A DNA stretch of 64,000 nucleotides from Takakia lepidozioides. Its lineage: Eukaryota; Plantae; Bryophyta. This document shows, piece by piece, positions 59,867 to 64,000 of this stretch. Location of the stretch: positions 80,786,001-80,850,000 of the forward strand of contig CM060731.1 of NCBI GenBank assembly GCA_030704615.1. Reading direction: 5' to 3'. Below the pieces are notes generated by a model. The model did no database searches. It was not told where the DNA came from and was given only the letters and a program-made list of their open reading frames with translations. Numbering within the stretch: the first letter of the stretch is position 1; each line of letters opens with the position of its first letter. The position numbers were made by a program, and so were the translations under genes.

Positions 59867-60037
59867 GAGAATTAATATTTGACGCCTTTGGTGAAATTAT
59901 GGTGTCTCTTCACCCCGAAGGGTTATACTGCCTTTCGCTAGGAAGGTGGACACCTTTGTGACACCAAGGGTGGATTGAACCCACAACCACTTCTGAGGTG
60001 GTATGTGCCCATTACCACTAGGATATAACTTGGTTGT
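59867..60037 (-). mobile_element. tRNA-derived SINE (~170 bp) with a 10-bp TSD
   Basis: TSD CGCCTTAAGA (59857-59866 / 60038-60047). The minus strand starts ACAACCAA, with A-box-like TCCTAGTGGT and B box GGTTCAATCC. Confidence 0.75.
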
Positions 60038-60587
60038 CGCCTTAAGATAGTATATAAAGAGGGTAAGGGGTATAGGTTTTACAAGGTTTCTTTGGCCTCT
60101 GCAAGCAGGGCCCTTAGAAAATTAACATTTGGAACTTGAACCATCTTGAAATAAATAGAAGTGCTACTATGTACAAACACACACTTGGATAAGAGTGATA
60201 TGATGCAGGCGTGTGTTTTTTTTAAGGGAGGTGATTAGATGTTTGAAACAAAAAAATATTAGTTTATTGCCAGTCCAATACATTTGATAGTCCCAAATAC
60301 ACACACACATATATATATGCAGAAAGGGGAGATAGCCCTTAGAAGTTTTATTGATGGGAAAAAATTAAAGCCCTTACATGCCCGAAGGCTGCCATGAGGC
60401 CTAACACACGGAGCACGTGTTCCCAGGGGAACCGTAAACCAGATATCTTGCCAAAAGGCTAGAAACGAGAACAACAATCGACAGACTATTCTATCAAGTA
60501 GATAGAGAAACAAGTCGACCGAGACTCAGAGAGCCAGAGATGTTGTAGAACCGAGAGTGGGTGGCGAGCAGAGCTAGCCTACATAAG

Positions 60588-60612
60588 CACTACAGGAAAA
60601 GGGGGCCCTTTG
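60588..60612. mobile_element. Putative CACTA (En/Spm) terminal inverted repeat
   Basis: CACTACAGGAAAA differs from the canonical CACTACAAGAAAA terminus at one base; the partner end is not in the window. Confidence 0.5.
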
Positions 60613-63137
60613 TGTCGCGCACCTCACTTCGGTAAGCTCCCCTTCAAGTCATAACTACTCGCTTTGATGCGCGCGCCTAACTCCCAACTTGGCCGCCGGG
60701 CCAACTTGGAGCTTCGGCTGCTCACCGGGACATAACGGTCCTTCTTTACTCTTCCAAAAGACCCTCCACCAATTTGGGCCTAGTGGAAATTCCCTTTGGT
60801 AGATGGCAGTCCGGAATAGCTCCTCACTCCTTGGTCGCTTTCCGGCTCGCTCGCTTACTCACTAGTTTTTGGTCACCAACGGGCTTGCACCGTTCTCGGG
60901 GTTACTACTCCCTATATATACTTTTGTGACTGTTCGTGGGGGTTTCACAAACAACCCTGCCAATTTATGGCGAACCACCCTCGAGAGTCTTGGCCCACCC
61001 ACCACGTCCCCATTGGACCGTGATGAGTCCCAAGACTCTCCACGACTCCCACCACAAGGTCTCCGCCCCATGGTGAGTCCTATGCCACCCCCACTAAGTC
61101 TCGCTAAGCTACCACCACCCCTTGTGGAGCCACCCCCACCGCAACCCGGTGTGCGGGGCCCCACCTAGTGAGCGCCTCCGCCTCCTTGAGTACCTTGGGT
61201 ACTCAATGGTGCTTCAGCCCCCCGTACCTATCGCTGCCACTGCCCCCACCACAGCGGCAGCCCCTCTTGCGTCCCGACCCCCTGCCCTCAAGGCATAGGG
61301 CCGCGATACATACCCCTACCAACAGGGAGTCAATGTCCTCATCGACTTGTCCATCTTGTAGAAACGAACATCCAAGTTGTGGCGTCCCACATCAAGGAGT
61401 TTGTTTCCCATACCATGGCGTCCCATGGCAAAGAACCAAACCCCCACTTGACTTATTCTCCACTAGCTAGTTCGGCCGACTTCCTTCAAGTCCCGGCCAA
61501 GGGTGGAGCTTTTCAGGCTCCTCCCAGTGCATCTTCTTGGCCCATATCAAGGCCAAGGAACGATCATCCCCGAGGATCGAATCGCCTTACTGCAACAGCA
61601 TTGCTTGCGACCGCTCATGATGCCGCTTTTGGCATCACCTTGAACCCTTTTTTTGACTAGGAAGATAATCTTGAACCAACCGTGCGCCCCAATCACTACA
61701 ATTGGGTCTGCCTTGGAATGTTGGCCTGAGGTACGGGAACACGATGAAGCCACACTACGACTTCGTCCCGAGGCTACACAATTATAGTACATGAACGGAA
61801 GCACGTAGCTTCCGCGTTAGCCCGCACTACAAGGCAACCCCCTCGGTAGCGCAGTTATAGTACGCACACTAGTACGTGAACTCCCAAAGAAGGCGCAAGT
61901 TTTCTTGCCCCTTGGATGGGAGTCACCCGATTTCGGCACTACGCAAACACACGATTAATCCAATTTATCTCTCCCACTTTTGTAAGCTAGCATGCATTCT
62001 ACACACTAGCCAACCATACCATGCATCACCATTCCAAACAAAATAGGACGCACAACATTTGGAAACCATTTCATTTATAACAAAATTTGTACAATACAAG
62101 TTTTTGCAATCGGATTCCTGAGCTAGCTAAGCCGGGCTAAGCATGCATTTCCTCCCCCACGATCCAAGGTTGATGTCCCCATCAACGCTTCTTCCGCTTT
62201 TGAGGTCGCCCTTCGAAAGCTGCAACCGCCTCGGATGCATTTCCCATTTCTGAGGCACGCACCCAAGATGCCTCCACATGATGATAGCCCTTCCATTTCA
62301 CGACGTACTCCGTTTCTCGATTCTTGAACCTCCTCGACTTAAGCACTGCCTCCACCTCGTACTCAGGTTCATTTTCATGATCCAACAGCACAGGTGGCGG
62401 ACGCAACACTTGATGCCGATTCGGACGCACTTTATCTTTGAAGTAAGGCTTCAAAAAGGAGACGTGGAATACTGGATGCACCTTGCTGTTTGCCGGCAGC
62501 TCCAATTCATACACATCCTCATTCATAACCTTCCGGATGCGAAAGGATCCCGCATACGGAGGTACAAACTTCGGACTCACTTCCAGAGGTAGTCGGAAAT
62601 TCTTGATGTTCAATCAGACATTCGTGCCTACCACAAACTTAACTTCCCTCCGCTTCCGATTCGTTTGCCGTTCATACCGTTTCCTAGCTTTGGCAATGTT
62701 GTACTTTGCGAGCTTCAACAAACGCTCGCGTTCTTCCAGCACCGCTGCTGCTGCTGCCGGTTCTTCAACGTCTTGGGCGGCCCAACTTGTCGGCACGAGA
62801 GGTGCTTTTCCATAGATCAATATGAAAGGGGAAACTTCCGTTGCGGAGTATCTTGTGTTATTATAACAGAACTCTGCCGCGTCCAAGTGCTCCACCCAGT
62901 CCGATTGGTCTGCCGCCACGTAATTTCGCAAGATCTGCTTCACCACGGAATTCACTCTTTCCGTTTGGCCGTCCGTCGTAGGTCGGAAGGTGGTGCTCAT
63001 CTTGAGCCTCGTCCCCATTTTCTTCCAGAGTGCCCTCCAAAATTTACTTGTAAACTTTGGATCGCGATCCGAGACAATATCCTTCGGGAGTCCATGATGC
63101 TTGAAGACGTGGGCGAAGTAAAGTCGCCCCGTCTCCT
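60613..63137 (-). mobile_element. Second, 5'-truncated copy of the same chromovirus (integrase C-half, chromodomain, 3' UTR, LTR 60613-61308)
   Basis: Colinear with 12775-15320. ORFs 62614-63018 (HP-like [12 protein letters not shown]) and 62182-62613 (chromodomain EYEVEAVLKSRR..EYVVKWKGY..EASW) are separated by a TGG>TGA stop. Confidence 0.93.
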
Positions 63138-63744
63138 ATGGGGGTAACCAAGGAACGAATTGTTGGCTACCTGACGTAGCCCTGGCAGCCCGGTCCTGTT
63201 CCACTTGAAAGAGCACAACCTGGTCAAAAAAATCTTTTACAACTTTTTTTTCCTCATCAGGTACATCCATACAGCCCAGAATTGGGTGATTACTCACTGA
63301 GGGTACAAAATCCTTTTCAATAGTGGTCGAAGATTTTTGTGTAGGTACAGGTAGGGCATCTTCATTGTTAGCCCTCCTAAGGGCCTCTTCAATAGAGGAG
63401 CCCTTCTTTTCCCTAGCACTAACCTCAATAGCATCATCATCCAAAATCTCCATCAACTTAGAATGGTATCTCTGGATTTTTTCCAGCCACTTCCCATTCT
63501 TGTTTGCTGAAATGCCAAGAGCAACCCAATCATCCAAAGCTAAGGTCTCAAGTAGAAAGACAGGCCGGTTATCACCGGCGTCTTCAATAGTTTCATATTC
63601 CAGCTTTTGTAAGGTGGCATGGAAGTCACCTGGTTTAATCTATGCAAGTGTAGCTTGCACTGCTGGAATTGGAGGCGGTAGGGGCAGCTGATATCCGAGG
63701 GCCTTAAGCTCATCCTTCCATTCAAGCACAGCCTTGTTGGCTTT
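63138..63744 (-). pseudogene. Spliced exon of an unknown (probably transposon-borne) gene, cut off by the Gypsy junction
   Basis: An acceptor (TTTTTTGGCTGACCTGGCAG) precedes a ~200-codon frame with a single TAG (63642-63640). The terminal stop is created at the Gypsy junction. Confidence 0.45.
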
Positions 63745-64000
63745 CTGCCAGGTCAGCCAAAAAACCATGTCAGTATGATACCATGATGAATCAGAATCAA
63801 GAAAAGAAGATGGTAGATAGTGTGTACAAACACCACTAAGTACACTAGAAAAGGAAGAGAGTGGGAAGATATTCATGTCATGTCAAGACATGGACAAGAC
63901 CCTACTAGGGTCATTGTCAATTAAAGACATAAACAACCCAAAACAGGGCACCATCTAACATTTCCATTCTTGTCATAGCTTCCCAATAGACATCACCCAA

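Overview
Eukaryotic, gene-dense nuclear DNA from a land plant. It is most likely a non-seed plant (bryophyte/lycophyte grade); this is inferred from the gene models, 100-900 bp spliceosomal introns and TE types. Host genes: the 3' end of acylamino-acid-releasing enzyme (AARE, +); a PX-PH phospholipase D zeta with an intron-free CDS (-); a BTB/POZ protein (+); an At1g76070/syringolide-induced-like gene (-); the 18-exon plastid DEVH helicase ISE2 (-); a frameshifted, intron-containing class II-like small HSP (-); and a 14-exon At5g01010-like GOLD-domain gene (-). The most striking item is at 47.4-48.6 kb: a stand-alone nuclear group II intron maturase/RT ORF (RT0-RT7, YADS instead of YADD, no domain X, no flanking intron RNA that I could find). 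It has a presequence-like N-terminus and spliceosomal-type introns downstream, and it lies head-to-head with the sHSP across a cluster of heat-shock elements. The mobile DNA is nested. A Copia LTR with TA...TA ends was hit by a chromodomain Ty3/Gypsy element (TSD GTTTA), and that element carries an inverted, internally deleted copy of its own family, creating two long hairpins. A second, truncated copy of the chromovirus sits 25 bp inside a CACTA terminus. Also present: a foldback element, a 5'-truncated LINE with a 16-bp TSD, tRNA-derived SINEs, a Harbinger-type MITE, a GNA-lectin pseudogene inside an ISE2 intron and a decayed orphan reading frame. All calls come from manual reading and translation; no database searches were run.
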